A stretch of 64,000 bases of DNA from an uncultured bacterium (GTDB lineage Bacteria > Desulfobacterota_D > UBA1144 > Nemesobacterales > UBA2774), in the NCBI GenBank assembly GCA_963705505.1, contig CAVPJU010000006.1, forward strand, positions 192,001 through 256,000. Direction: 5' to 3'. The translations under genes and the position numbers were made by a program. The notes below the pieces were generated by a model. That model was not told the origin of the DNA. It saw nothing but the letters and a program-made list of their open reading frames with translations, and did not search any database. Positions 53,294-63,125 of the stretch are shown here, in pieces (position 1 is the stretch's first letter; the number at the start of each line of letters is the position of its first letter).

Positions 53294-54180
53294 GATTCCT
53301 GGCCATATTATCGGTTATCGCAATACTCGCCGGCTGTAGCGATTTTAACGACTTTTACAAAGCCAAAGTAAGCGGAAAGAGAGAAAAAGGAGCGGGCCCG
53401 GAGGTTATTGCCGTCGTCGGCTCAGATGAGATCACGAAGGACGACCTCATGAGGGCCCTCGAGAGACTTCCCTATAAACAAAGGAAGCTCTATCAATCCT
53501 CACCCCAAAAAATGAACGAGTTCCTGGATTCCTATATCAATCAAAAGGTCTTATATTCGGAAGCCGTGAAAAGGGGAACGGATAAAAGAAAGGATGTTCT
53601 TGAAAAGACTGAGAATTTTAAAATAAAGCTCATCGGACAGACCTTCGGTCAGGAGATTTTGAAGAACATTAAAGTCAGTCAGGACGAAATACGAAACTAT
53701 TATCAGGTACATAAAAATGACTACGAGGAGATAGGCATAAGCGAGATTTTCATAAAAACCGACCCTGAAAAGGGGCTTACGAAGGAAAAGGCGCTTGCGG
53801 AGGCGGAGGCCGTTTCGGAGAGGGCTAAAGCCGGCGAGAGCTGGGAAAAACTCGTTGAGGAGTATTCCGACGACGCGGTATCAAGAAAAAAGGGCGGCAA
53901 TGCGGGGTATATACAAAGGGGCAAATTCGCCCCTGAAATAGATGATCAGTTATTCGGGATGAAAAAAGGGGAAATAACAAATCCGCTGGAAGTTAACGGG
54001 GGATACTTTATAATTAAAATAGATGAGGGAGCACGGTTTTTGCCCGACGGCCAGGTGAGCCGCAAGATTGAATCCCGGATAATAAACGAAAAGCTTATCG
54101 AATATGTAAACGGTCTTAGGGAAGAATGGGGGGTAGAGGTTTACAGAGACAGATTAGAGGAGAGTGTGAAAAGTGATTAA
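53290..54180 (+). CDS. PrsA/PpiC-type peptidyl-prolyl isomerase lipoprotein
   Basis: Lipobox LAGC, YSDD..S.KKGG..GY, GEI..P.....GYFIIK. Confidence 0.85.
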   Translation: MRFLAILSVIAILAGCSDFNDFYKAKVSGKREKGAGPEVIAVVGSDEITKDDLMRALERLPYKQRKLYQSSPQKMNEFLDSYINQKVLYSEAVKRGTDKRKDVLEKTENFKIKLIGQTFGQEILKNIKVSQDEIRNYYQVHKNDYEEIGISEIFIKTDPEKGLTKEKALAEAEAVSERAKAGESWEKLVEEYSDDAVSRKKGGNAGYIQRGKFAPEIDDQLFGMKKGEITNPLEVNGGYFIIKIDEGARFLPDGQVSRKIESRIINEKLIEYVNGLREEWGVEVYRDRLEESVKSD

Positions 54181-55186
54181 TCGAAAGAACATTATTCTGA
54201 CGGCTCTTTTTTTAATTCCCGCGCTCATGTCGCTCACGGGCGCTGCGTATCCGAGAGAGACAATAGACAGGGTCGTTGCCATAGTCAATGACGACGTAAT
54301 TACCCTTTCCGAGGTAAGGGAGATGGCTCTCAGCATCAATCCCACTTCGACTGAGGCGATAGACGAGAGCACGGTGCTCCAGCAGATGATCGAGCAGAAG
54401 CTCTTCGAGCAGGAAGCGCAAAAGCTCGGAATAACGGTCTCGGAAGCCGAGCTCGACGCAAGCATCGAAATGGTGAAAAAGAAATTCAACCTTAACGACC
54501 AGCAGATGGAGGAAGTCCTCAAGAAACAGAACCTGACGCCCGAAACCTTCAGGGAGCAATGGAGACACCAGACCCTGGGGAACAAGCTCCTCGACTCACA
54601 GCTGAAAAACAAAATCGTAATCACGGAAGAAGAAATCGATAATTACTACGTACAGAATTACGGCGGAAACGCTTCCGCGAGCAGCAGCACCGTCAGCACC
54701 GCGATACCGACGGAGCAGGTAAAAATTGCGCATATCCTGATAACGGCAAAAACCCCCGACGCGGAAAAAAAGGCCGAGGAAGTTGCGGAGCTTGCCAAAT
54801 CAGGAAAGGATTTCTCAGAGCTGGCGAAGGAATATTCGGAGGACAAACTCTCGGCGGATAAAGGCGGAGACCTCGGCTACTTCAAAAAAGGCGATCTCAT
54901 AGAGACCCTCGAAACTGCGGTCGAGACCACACCGGTCGGCGGTATAACGGGCCCTGTGGAGTCACCGGCCGGTTACCATATTATAAAGGTCCTGGAAAGA
55001 ACCGAGCCTGAAAAGACAGAGGCGGAAAAGGCAAAGAAAGATTCGGGTTCGTCCGAGAAAATCGCCATGAACGAAGATACGAAGAAAGAAATCACCGACA
55101 TCCTTTACAGACAAAAGGCGGAGGCACAGCTAAAAAAGTGGCTCGACAGCCTTAAAGAGAATGCATATATAGAAGTTAAGCTCTAG
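54173..55186 (+). CDS. surA: SurA-like periplasmic chaperone/PPIase
   Basis: DRVVAIVNDDVIT.SE, HILI, F.ELAKEYSED, GGDLG.F, GYHIIKV. Confidence 0.85.
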   Translation: MINRKNIILTALFLIPALMSLTGAAYPRETIDRVVAIVNDDVITLSEVREMALSINPTSTEAIDESTVLQQMIEQKLFEQEAQKLGITVSEAELDASIEMVKKKFNLNDQQMEEVLKKQNLTPETFREQWRHQTLGNKLLDSQLKNKIVITEEEIDNYYVQNYGGNASASSSTVSTAIPTEQVKIAHILITAKTPDAEKKAEEVAELAKSGKDFSELAKEYSEDKLSADKGGDLGYFKKGDLIETLETAVETTPVGGITGPVESPAGYHIIKVLERTEPEKTEAEKAKKDSGSSEKIAMNEDTKKEITDILYRQKAEAQLKKWLDSLKENAYIEVKL

Positions 55187-55698
55187 GACTCCTGAGTGAG
55201 AGTGAGCCTTCCGATGAAGTCCTTGTGCTGGGGGTATTGATCTAACAGCTCACTGCGGACCCCGAGCTCGATGTCGGAGAAATCGAAGCCGGGGGCGACC
55301 GTAGCCCCCATCAGAGCGAATTCCCCGCCCTCAAGCAAATAAGCGCCCTGCCATATACCCGCTGGCACGACTGCCTGGACGAACTGGCCCGCCTGAATGT
55401 CACGACCTAAAAAGAGCACCTTTGTAGTCCCGCTCGGGTGAATCAGTACCAGCTGCACGGGGTCGCCCAAATAAAAATGGTAGATCTCGTCGCTTTTCAG
55501 TCTGTGGATGCACGACCGCGTGTCCGGGGTAAGAAGATAGAAAATCGCCGTACTGTGGGGTTTATCCGAACCATAACGCTCCGGAAGAGATGATTTTTCG
55601 ATAGCCTCAGCGGCACGATAGGTTTCGACGTAATAACCCCCTTCCCCGGGAAGCGGCTTCATGTTGTAAAGCTTGATAATCCTTTCCGCCGTCAACAT
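55183..55698 (-). CDS. Cupin_5 (DUF985) family protein
   Basis: P.EGGYYVET, STAIFYLL, HRL.SDE.YHFY.GDP, VPAG.WQ, VAPGFDF.D. Confidence 0.88.
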   Translation of the reverse strand: MLTAERIIKLYNMKPLPGEGGYYVETYRAAEAIEKSSLPERYGSDKPHSTAIFYLLTPDTRSCIHRLKSDEIYHFYLGDPVQLVLIHPSGTTKVLFLGRDIQAGQFVQAVVPAGIWQGAYLLEGGEFALMGATVAPGFDFSDIELGVRSELLDQYPQHKDFIGRLTLTQES

Positions 55699-55836
55699 TA
55701 TCTTTCCTCCTTGCAGATAAAACCATAATCTTAACCGTATTTTGCGGCTTGTAATAAAAAACCATCCTTGAATACCGGGAAACCGTGACTACCTTGTAAG
55801 TAGAAAAACAAAATTAATTATCACGGAGGTATTAAA

Positions 55837-56283
55837 ATGAGAGTAAAAGTTTGGGAACCTTTCAGGAGTTTCAGACCCTTTTACGGCGGTTTCGACAGGT
55901 GGTTCGATGAAGCAGCGAACACTGTGTCCGCAGAATCGGCCCCGGCAAACGGGACTTGGCATCCGAGCGTGGATGTTTATGAGAACGAAGGCAGTTACGT
56001 ATTAAAAGCGGAGCTTCCGGGTGTAAACAAAGAGGACATCAGGATAGATATAAACAACAATGCCCTGACGCTCAAAGGCGAGAAGAAGTTCGAAGAGAAG
56101 ACCGAGAAAGACAACTATGTGAGGATCGAGCGCAGCTACGGAAGCTTTACGAGAACCTTCGTGCTCCCCGACAAAGTGGATAGTGAAAGCATAAAAGCCA
56201 ATTACAAGGACGGCGTGCTGGAAATCACTCTCCCCAAGAAAGAAGAAGCAAAACCCAAGGAAATCAAGGTAGAAGTCAACTAA
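55837..56283 (+). CDS. Small heat shock protein, Hsp20 family
   Basis: W.PSVDV.E, AELPGV.KEDI, ERSYGSF.R.F.LP, A.YKDGVL.ITLPK, I.V tail. Confidence 0.95.
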   Translation: MRVKVWEPFRSFRPFYGGFDRWFDEAANTVSAESAPANGTWHPSVDVYENEGSYVLKAELPGVNKEDIRIDINNNALTLKGEKKFEEKTEKDNYVRIERSYGSFTRTFVLPDKVDSESIKANYKDGVLEITLPKKEEAKPKEIKVEVN

Positions 56284-56293
56284 AAAATTCGAT

Positions 56294-56326
56294 AGCGGCC
56301 TCTTGAATCGAGGCCGCTTCACTTTC
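56294..56326 (+). terminator. Intrinsic terminator of hsp20
   Basis: AGCGGCCTC-TTGAATC-GAGGCCGCT followed by TCACTTT. Confidence 0.7.
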
Positions 56327-56486
56327 ATCCAATCCGCAAAGGTGCTTACCCGCAAAATCCGGTTTCGGTCATGCCGAAGCTCTCAATATTATTATCGGCA
56401 ATAGCCGCAGTAATAAATGAGGGGCTTTCCGATGGCTTTCGACTCATCGGGATTTTCGCTGAACCGGAAAAGGAGAATTGAGGCGT

Positions 56487-56534
56487 CAAAAAAACAAGGG
56501 TAAGCCAGTGAAAACGGATTTCACCGGCTCACCC
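56487..56534 (-). terminator. Strong intrinsic terminator on the minus strand
   Basis: GGGTGAGCCGGTGAAA-TCCGT-TTTCACTGGCTTACCC-TTGTTTTTTT. The 16-bp stem is fully paired (two G-U) only on the minus strand. Confidence 0.8.
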
Positions 56535-56605
56535 TATGGAGGATGATGGCTGAATCAGGTTATTGGAAAAATGAAGAATCCGCGGATTCTCCGCCTTGCT
56601 ACAGG
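56487..56605 (-). ncRNA. Candidate small RNA (5' hairpin, CAUCAUCCUCC seed, strong terminator)
   Basis: Orphan minus-strand terminator with no upstream minus-strand CDS. The 5' boundary is uncertain. Confidence 0.45.
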
Positions 56606-56842
56606 AATATAGAATTAATCCATAACCCAATACCCGAAAATTAATATAAACTCATTTAAACTGATAAAACAGAGGACTATAGTACTGATTTTAAGTAATT
56701 CTTTTTTGATATGCAGGCGTAACTTTAATACTTTCGTATTAGGTCTATGGTTGGTATTCCCTTTCCCGGCCCGAATAGACTCTTCAAAAACTAGCGGCTC
56801 AGAACGGCAATAAATCCCAACTTATGGTAGTTTTATATCCCT

Positions 56843-57841
56843 GTGAAAAAGATCATCGAAAACTGGGTCCACATACCCGGAGTACACTGCGGCTCCGTAA
56901 CTCTCCGGGACGTGATGACATACTACGGATACCCGTGGTCGGAAGCCATGTGCTTCGGCATCGGAGGGGGATTGGGGTTCTATTATACGGTCAGGGATGA
57001 TTTAAGCCCGACGAGGATGATATTCGTAAGGGGACCCGAAATGGAGCCGTCATTTTTCAGCGTGGCTCTGGAGCCCGTATCCTGGAAGCATGCTAATAAA
57101 AATCCGCTCGGGATCATAAGGGAATCCGTGGACAAGGGTGTACCCGTAATAATTCAAACCGATATTTATTACCTCAGCTATTACAAGTCGTCGACTCACT
57201 TTCCGGGACACATCGTGTCCGTATGGGGTTACGACGACGCCGTCAGGACAATGTACGTGGCGGATACCCATTTTGAGGGACTGCAAACAGCCACTTATGA
57301 CGAAATCCTCGAGGGGATGGGCTCTAAAGACGCTTCGAACCCTCTTGACTATAACTACATGGATATAGACCCCGATAAAAAAGTGAGACCGCTCTCCGAG
57401 ATCATTCCCGAAGCCATACGTATGAACGCCTTAAAAATGCTCGAAGGCACCAACGGAGCGAGGGGGAAATCGGGCGTCGGGATGATTAAGAAATGGTCCC
57501 AGGACCTCCCCTCCTGGAAGGACGCGCCCGACTGGAAATGGTGCGCAAGGTTCGGATACCAGGTGATTGAAAAAAGGGGCGTGGGAGGCGGCGGATTCAG
57601 GTGGATTTACAAGGATTTCCTCAAAGAAGCCGAGGGAATTGCCCCGGAGCTCCGCGAGCTCAATCTGTCACGGAGAATGAACCATATAGGAAATAAATGG
57701 AGCGAAATTGCCGCAGTCCTCAAGGATATTAGCGAAAAGGAATCTCCCGACGGGAATTTACTGCGAAACGCTTCCGAACAAGCGGAGATACTCTGGGAGC
57801 TCGAAAGGGATTTCTATATGACGGTTCTCGAAAATGTTTGA
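56843..57841 (+). CDS. BtrH N-terminal / DUF4872 domain protein (papain-like fold)
   Basis: H.PG.HC, SEAMCFGIGGGL.F.Y, D.YYL.YY...HFPGH.V...GYD, GGG.FR..Y..FL.EA. Confidence 0.8.
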   Translation: MKKIIENWVHIPGVHCGSVTLRDVMTYYGYPWSEAMCFGIGGGLGFYYTVRDDLSPTRMIFVRGPEMEPSFFSVALEPVSWKHANKNPLGIIRESVDKGVPVIIQTDIYYLSYYKSSTHFPGHIVSVWGYDDAVRTMYVADTHFEGLQTATYDEILEGMGSKDASNPLDYNYMDIDPDKKVRPLSEIIPEAIRMNALKMLEGTNGARGKSGVGMIKKWSQDLPSWKDAPDWKWCARFGYQVIEKRGVGGGGFRWIYKDFLKEAEGIAPELRELNLSRRMNHIGNKWSEIAAVLKDISEKESPDGNLLRNASEQAEILWELERDFYMTVLENV

Positions 57842-57853
57842 AATAACCGATCC

Positions 57854-58531
57854 ATGAAACTGCTTCTCTTCGATATAGACGGTACGATACTTCTGACAGA
57901 CGGCGCGGGGACGAGGGCGATCAACCGCGCATTCGAGAAGTTATACGGTCTCAGAGACGCCATGGCGGGCATAGACGCCGCCGGGAAAACAGACCCTCTG
58001 ATCCTGAGCGAGATGTTCGGGAACGGGCTTTCGAGACAGTACACAGAAGACGAGGCCAGGGAAATTTACGGGGAATACGTTTTATTCCTCGAAGAAGAAA
58101 TAGAGAAATCTCCCATCGACATAATGCCCGGCATCCCGTTCCTGCTGGAGAACCTGTCGTCGAGAAAAGATATGGTCCTCGGAATCGCGACGGGAAACAT
58201 AGAGCACGGCGCGCGTATAAAATTGAGGCGGGCGGGGCTCGACGGACATTTCACTGTCGGCGGTTTCGGCTCCGACTCGGATAACAGGGAGGCGCTTATC
58301 AGGGTCGCGATAGAGCGCGCGAAAAGTCATACGAAAGACGGCAGGGATTTCGATAAGGTATACGTAATAGGAGACACTCCCTACGACATCATTCACGGGC
58401 GTGCGGCGGGGGCGGTAACCGTAGCCGTGGCCACCGGAAGGTATTCACCGCCTGAGCTTCGAGAGCACGAGCCCGATTATTTATTCGATCACCTGGCCGA
58501 CTACGATAACGTAATAGGAATATTCGAATGA
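57854..58531 (+). CDS. HAD-superfamily hydrolase
   Basis: LFDIDGT, ATGN, K, IGDTPYDI. Confidence 0.9.
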   Translation: MKLLLFDIDGTILLTDGAGTRAINRAFEKLYGLRDAMAGIDAAGKTDPLILSEMFGNGLSRQYTEDEAREIYGEYVLFLEEEIEKSPIDIMPGIPFLLENLSSRKDMVLGIATGNIEHGARIKLRRAGLDGHFTVGGFGSDSDNREALIRVAIERAKSHTKDGRDFDKVYVIGDTPYDIIHGRAAGAVTVAVATGRYSPPELREHEPDYLFDHLADYDNVIGIFE

Positions 58532-58541
58532 CTGTCCGGAC

Positions 58542-59111
58542 CTATAATACGCGCCTCAGTATCGAGGCGAGCCTTTCGTAATCGTCCTTCAGGAACCTCG
58601 AAAGGCTCTTTCCCATTCTGACCATGTAGTCCTTATCGTTCCGGCGGACGCTCTGAGCGCCCAATAGAGACGATATGATGAGGTCGTCCACAGGCAGGTT
58701 AGCCGAAGAAATAATAGCCCTGAGGAAAAAATCCTCTGAGCTGAGCGCCTCTTTTTCCTCGTCCGTACATTCGTAGACGAAGGAGTGGATCGGCGGCGGG
58801 AGGGGTGGGAGCGCAAACCTTATTTTTTCCGATTGTGTGTAGCCGAGGGTCAAGACGTGGAACTCGGTCTTCAGGAGCTCGAATATCTGGGGCTGCTCCC
58901 TTCTCAGCTCTTCGATACTCATATCGTACGCGTCGGGCTTTCTCCCGGGCTCTTTACTCCCCGTGATTATTTCGTATACGAGACCATAGACCGGAGAGCC
59001 GGCATCGGTCCTGACAAAACTACCGAAAGGAGGGGCTTCCCCCACCTTCGGGGAGCGTGCTATGAACCCTCTCGTGCCGGACTCGACTACTTCTCCTATA
59101 TATCCCTTCAT
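58542..59111 (-). CDS. HAS-barrel domain protein (stand-alone, NurA-associated)
   Basis: IGEV.E.....F.A......P.FGSFV, E.PQIFELL.TEF, LPP.PP.IH..V, L..DY.RL..IL. Translationally coupled to nurA. Confidence 0.75.
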   Translation of the reverse strand: MKGYIGEVVESGTRGFIARSPKVGEAPPFGSFVRTDAGSPVYGLVYEIITGSKEPGRKPDAYDMSIEELRREQPQIFELLKTEFHVLTLGYTQSEKIRFALPPLPPPIHSFVYECTDEEKEALSSEDFFLRAIISSANLPVDDLIISSLLGAQSVRRNDKDYMVRMGKSLSRFLKDDYERLASILRRVL

Positions 59112-60280
59112 ACGCCCGGAATCCTTTTAGATAATCCTTTCCTCGAAACGGTTACGGCAAAATCGGATTTGACCATAGCTTCTCTTATGAGCGTGAAGAA
59201 AAAATCCCTGTCCCTCGCCTTAACGACAGCCTGCTCATGTGCCTCCGCAATCGCCACCGGATAACCCTTCCCCTTTTTCGCCTGATCGAAAATAAGCGTA
59301 TGAACAAGCTCCAGCAATTCACTGTCCTCCGCCACCCATTGCGGAATCTCGACTCTGGCGATTTCCTCGCCGATATTGACGTAGAAAAAATAAATTTGAT
59401 GATCCCCGTAGGTCTCCAGAATCTTTGAGGAGCTTTTGAAAACAGGAGAAGCCTCGCCGGGTTTTAAGACGGTCGAAAACAGGAACCGGTCCGTAAGCCC
59501 CTCAATGGGAGCGCACGGGAGCTCGGGGAGCTCGGTATAGGGGCACTGGTTGCAGTAGCTTACTTTCTCGGGACATAGGCCTACCCTGAGTGCGTTTATA
59601 ACATCCGTGCTGCCGGGAAAGCTTATGTATCCCGCAACCGGTATCCGGAGATTTTTAAATTCATCCATTATACGGAGAAACGGGTTGATGATCCCTTCCC
59701 TGAAGTCTGACGGAGCCGCCTCCAGTCTCCAGAGGATAAGCGTCCCGTCGGAGAGAGCGATCGTGTTTCCATTCACATTATTGTCTTTTACGATTTCAAG
59801 AATTCTCCCGAATTCCATCAGCGTTCTCTTGAGCGATATGACGTCACTGTCTGCCGGTATCTTTTTCCCTCCCCATGTCGTGAACCTTTCTTCGTCCCTG
59901 TAGAAGAGTAACGGGTCCGAGCCGAGTTTCGCCGCCGCCTTTTCCCCGTAGCTGAGGACTATCGAGCTGATATTGATCAAATAACAGGGAAGCGCTTCGT
60001 GCCTGTCGGGGAATATCTGGGAGCCGTCCGAAGACACGGCCGTATAGCCCGGAGGGCGGTCCGGGAGAGGAAATGCTTTATCGAGTGGAGAAGATATGCC
60101 CGCGACAAGCCATGAGGTCTTGCTCTCCTCGACCTTCCGGGAGAGCTCCTCCCAGTTTTCGGATTTACGCCTGAGCTCCGCTTTCGCGAGCTTTATCTTA
60201 CCGGCAAGCTCGTCCGCGAAATCCTTCCTCTCTTCGATCATGGAATCTATTTGTGATTTCAGGATATGGAAATTGAGCAC
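59108..60280 (-). CDS. nurA: NurA-family nuclease
   Basis: DGSQI.PDRH, L.DGTLILW, EIARVE.P.WV, GYP....EAHEQAVV. Confidence 0.85.
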   Translation of the reverse strand: MLNFHILKSQIDSMIEERKDFADELAGKIKLAKAELRRKSENWEELSRKVEESKTSWLVAGISSPLDKAFPLPDRPPGYTAVSSDGSQIFPDRHEALPCYLINISSIVLSYGEKAAAKLGSDPLLFYRDEERFTTWGGKKIPADSDVISLKRTLMEFGRILEIVKDNNVNGNTIALSDGTLILWRLEAAPSDFREGIINPFLRIMDEFKNLRIPVAGYISFPGSTDVINALRVGLCPEKVSYCNQCPYTELPELPCAPIEGLTDRFLFSTVLKPGEASPVFKSSSKILETYGDHQIYFFYVNIGEEIARVEIPQWVAEDSELLELVHTLIFDQAKKGKGYPVAIAEAHEQAVVKARDRDFFFTLIREAMVKSDFAVTVSRKGLSKRIPGV

Positions 60281-60339
60281 GCTGAATCAAAGATAACACA
60301 CTTTGTAAGCGTTATAAATCTTAGAGACCCGCGCGGATT

Positions 60340-60381
60340 CAAAAAAAAGGCGGGCAGTCCCCGGAGGAACAGTCCGCCTTT
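60340..60381 (-). terminator. Intrinsic terminator after groEL
   Basis: Minus strand AAAGGCGG...CCGCCTTT hairpin followed by a T run. Confidence 0.75.
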
Positions 60382-60412
60382 GAGTTTTATACTCTTTTAT
60401 TCTTTTTTTAAA

Positions 60413-62065
60413 TTACATCATGCCGCCCATTCCCGGGTGCATGCCCCCCATTCCGCCTCCGCCGCCTCCGCCCATCTCTTCCTTAGACTGCGGCTTCTCG
60501 GCAATCAGGGCTTCTGTGGTAAGGAGCAGTCCCGCTACACTCGATGCATTCTGCATCGCGGTCCTCGTAACCTTAGCCGGGTCCACTATACCCGCCTCTA
60601 TCATATCGCAGTACTCGAGCTTCGCGGCGTCAAACCCGTTTGAGCCCTTCTCCTCGCTTACCTTACCCACTACTATCGATCCGTCCCATCCGGCGTTCGT
60701 CGCTATCCCTCTGAGAGGCTCCTCGAGCGCTCTCCTCACTATGCTCACCCCCGCCTTCTCCTCGTCGTCCGCCCCCTGGAACCCGTCCACTGCCTTTATC
60801 GCCCTTATGAGCGCCACTCCACCTCCGGGCACTATCCCTTCCTCTACGGCCGCCCTCGTTGCGTTGAGCGCGTCCTCCACTCTGGCCTTCTTCTCCTTCA
60901 TCTCGGCCTCCGTGGCCGCCCCTACGCGGATCACCGCGACTCCGCCCGCGAGCTTGGCTAGTCTTTCCTGGAGCTTCTCCCTGTCGTACTCCCCGCTCGC
61001 CTCATCCACCTGCGCCTTTATCTGTTTTATTCTCCCCTCTATCTCCCCTTTCTTCCCCGCTCCCCCTATTATCGTCGTATTATCCTTATCTATTACTATC
61101 TTCTTTGCCCTTCCAAGGTCCTGAAGCTTCGTGTTCTCGAGCTTCATCCCAGCTTCTTCGGCTATAACCTTGCCCCCTGTGAGCACGGCTATGTCCTCTA
61201 GCATGGACTTACGCCTGTCCCCGAACCCGGGCGCCTTTACGGCCGCGGCCTTCAACGTCCCTCTCAGCTTATTCACAACGAGCGTTGCAAGCGCCTCCCC
61301 CTCTATATCCTCCGCCATTACTAATAGCGGCTTTGTGCTCCTTGCCACTTCTTCGAGCAACGGAACCATGTCCTTCATATTCGATATCTTCTTGTCGAAC
61401 ATCAGTATCACCGGGTCCTCAAGCTCTATCTGCATCTTCTCCGGGTCCGTTATGAAGTACGGGCTCAGGTACCCTCTGTCAAACTGCATACCCTCCACAA
61501 CGTCGAGCTCTGTCTCTAAGCTCTTGCCCTCTTCCACCGTTATTACTCCGTCCTTCCCCACCTTCTCCATCGCGTCCGCTATTATGTTCCCTATCGTTGC
61601 GTCCCCGTTTGCGGATACCGTGGCCACCTGCGCTATCTCCGTGCGCCCCTTTACCTGCTTACTCTGCTTCCTTATGCTCTCCACTACCACTTCCACTGCC
61701 TTGTCTATTCCCCTCTTTAACTTCATCGGGTCGTGCCCTGCGGCTACGAGCTTTATCCCTTCGCGGATTATTGCCTGCGCCAGTATCGTAGCAGTAGTCG
61801 TGCCGTCTCCCGCCACGTCGCTCGTCCTGGAGGCCACTTCCTTCACCATCTGTGCCCCCATGTTCTCGAACTTGTCCTCAAGCTCTATTTCCTTTGCTAC
61901 AGTCACGCCGTCCTTCGTCACTACGGGCGCTCCGAACGTCTTCTCTATAAGCACGTTCCTGCCTCTCGGACCTAACGTCGCCTTTACCGCGTTCGCTAGC
62001 GTGTTCACTCCTTTCAATATCGCGTCCTGCGCTGCCCTCTCAAATTTTATTTCCTTCGCTGCCAT
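60413..62065 (-). CDS. groL: Chaperonin GroEL
   Basis: [39 protein letters not shown]-rich tail. Confidence 0.98.
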   Translation of the reverse strand: MAAKEIKFERAAQDAILKGVNTLANAVKATLGPRGRNVLIEKTFGAPVVTKDGVTVAKEIELEDKFENMGAQMVKEVASRTSDVAGDGTTTATILAQAIIREGIKLVAAGHDPMKLKRGIDKAVEVVVESIRKQSKQVKGRTEIAQVATVSANGDATIGNIIADAMEKVGKDGVITVEEGKSLETELDVVEGMQFDRGYLSPYFITDPEKMQIELEDPVILMFDKKISNMKDMVPLLEEVARSTKPLLVMAEDIEGEALATLVVNKLRGTLKAAAVKAPGFGDRRKSMLEDIAVLTGGKVIAEEAGMKLENTKLQDLGRAKKIVIDKDNTTIIGGAGKKGEIEGRIKQIKAQVDEASGEYDREKLQERLAKLAGGVAVIRVGAATEAEMKEKKARVEDALNATRAAVEEGIVPGGGVALIRAIKAVDGFQGADDEEKAGVSIVRRALEEPLRGIATNAGWDGSIVVGKVSEEKGSNGFDAAKLEYCDMIEAGIVDPAKVTRTAMQNASSVAGLLLTTEALIAEKPQSKEEMGGGGGGGMGGMHPGMGGMM

Positions 62066-62124
62066 GTCTTGTAATACCTCCTCACATGTTTTCTATTCAC
62101 TTCATTTAATCAATAAGCTGCCAA

Positions 62125-62412
62125 TCAATCAACGATGGCTAATATATCTTCTTCCCTGAGTATAAGGTAATCCTCGCCTTCAATACTGATGTCGATTGCC
62201 CCGTACTTGTTGAAAAGCACTTTCTCGCCTTTCTTTATCTCAAGCGGTTTTTTCGTACCGTCTTCGAGTATTCTTCCCGTCCCGACTGCTATCACCTTTC
62301 CTTCCTGCGGCTTTTCCTTTGCGGTATCGGGAATGATGATGCCGCCTTTTGTAGTCTCCTCGGTGTCGAGTCTCTGGATTAAAACTTTGTCATGTAGTGG
62401 CCTTACTTTCAT
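62125..62412 (-). CDS. groS: Co-chaperonin GroES
   Basis: PLHDKV, T.GGIIIPDTAKEKPQEG.VIAVG.G. Confidence 0.97.
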   Translation of the reverse strand: MKVRPLHDKVLIQRLDTEETTKGGIIIPDTAKEKPQEGKVIAVGTGRILEDGTKKPLEIKKGEKVLFNKYGAIDISIEGEDYLILREEDILAIVD

Positions 62413-62626
62413 TACAAACTTCCTCCTTACAAGGTTATTATCTGAATTTTATAATTGGCTGGATTTTCTGCGTATATTATAAAAAGCCTGCTTGCCGGGG
62501 ATTAAAATAACCATCTCGACTGCTTTGTCAAGTTTAAACAATATATTATACCGAATGAAAATCATAAAATGAAGATACTTTACGCATCCTTGAAAATTTA
62601 ATGCAAAAAAGATATGTTAAAACATT

Positions 62627-63115
62627 ATGCCAAAAGTAGCGATAATCGTAGGCAGTGATTCGGATCTGGGAAGTATCGAAGACGCATGGAAAACGCTGGA
62701 GGAGCTGGGGATAGAGTACGAGCTTCGCGTTGCTTCGGCCCACAGGACGCCCGACAGGGTCAGAAAATATGTGCAGAGCGCTGAAAAGAGGGGGATCGAG
62801 GTAATCATAGCAGGCGCAGGCTGGGCTGCCCACCTCCCCGGCGTAGTAGCGGCTTATACGACACTGCCCGTTATCGGGATTCCGGTGGATTCGTCCGCAT
62901 TAAACGGTCTCGATGCGCTCCTGTCAATCGTACAGATGCCCCCTGGCATACCAGTCGCCACTATGGCCATTGGAAAAGGCGGATCGAGGAATGCTGCGCT
63001 CTATGCCGCATCCATACTCGCCCTTAAGTACCCGGCTATAAACAAAAAGATCAAGGACTTCCGGGTACAGCTCGCTAAGAAGGTTGAGAGCGCAGCCAGG
63101 AAGTTCGATAAATAG
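62627..63115 (+). CDS. purE: N5-carboxyaminoimidazole ribonucleotide mutase
   Basis: GSDSD, SAHRTP, AGAG.AAHLPG, PVIGIP, SIVQMP.GIPVAT. Confidence 0.96.
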   Translation: MPKVAIIVGSDSDLGSIEDAWKTLEELGIEYELRVASAHRTPDRVRKYVQSAEKRGIEVIIAGAGWAAHLPGVVAAYTTLPVIGIPVDSSALNGLDALLSIVQMPPGIPVATMAIGKGGSRNAALYAASILALKYPAINKKIKDFRVQLAKKVESAARKFDK

Positions 63116-63125
63116 ATTAAGCACT

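Noticed and set aside
56546..56644. Classical type I toxin
   Set aside because: The peptide is hydrophilic with no transmembrane segment; kept only as a possible small ORF.
58542..60280. Anti-phage defence system of nuclease-HerA type
   Set aside because: No ATPase or other defence genes nearby, and composition and context look like core genome.
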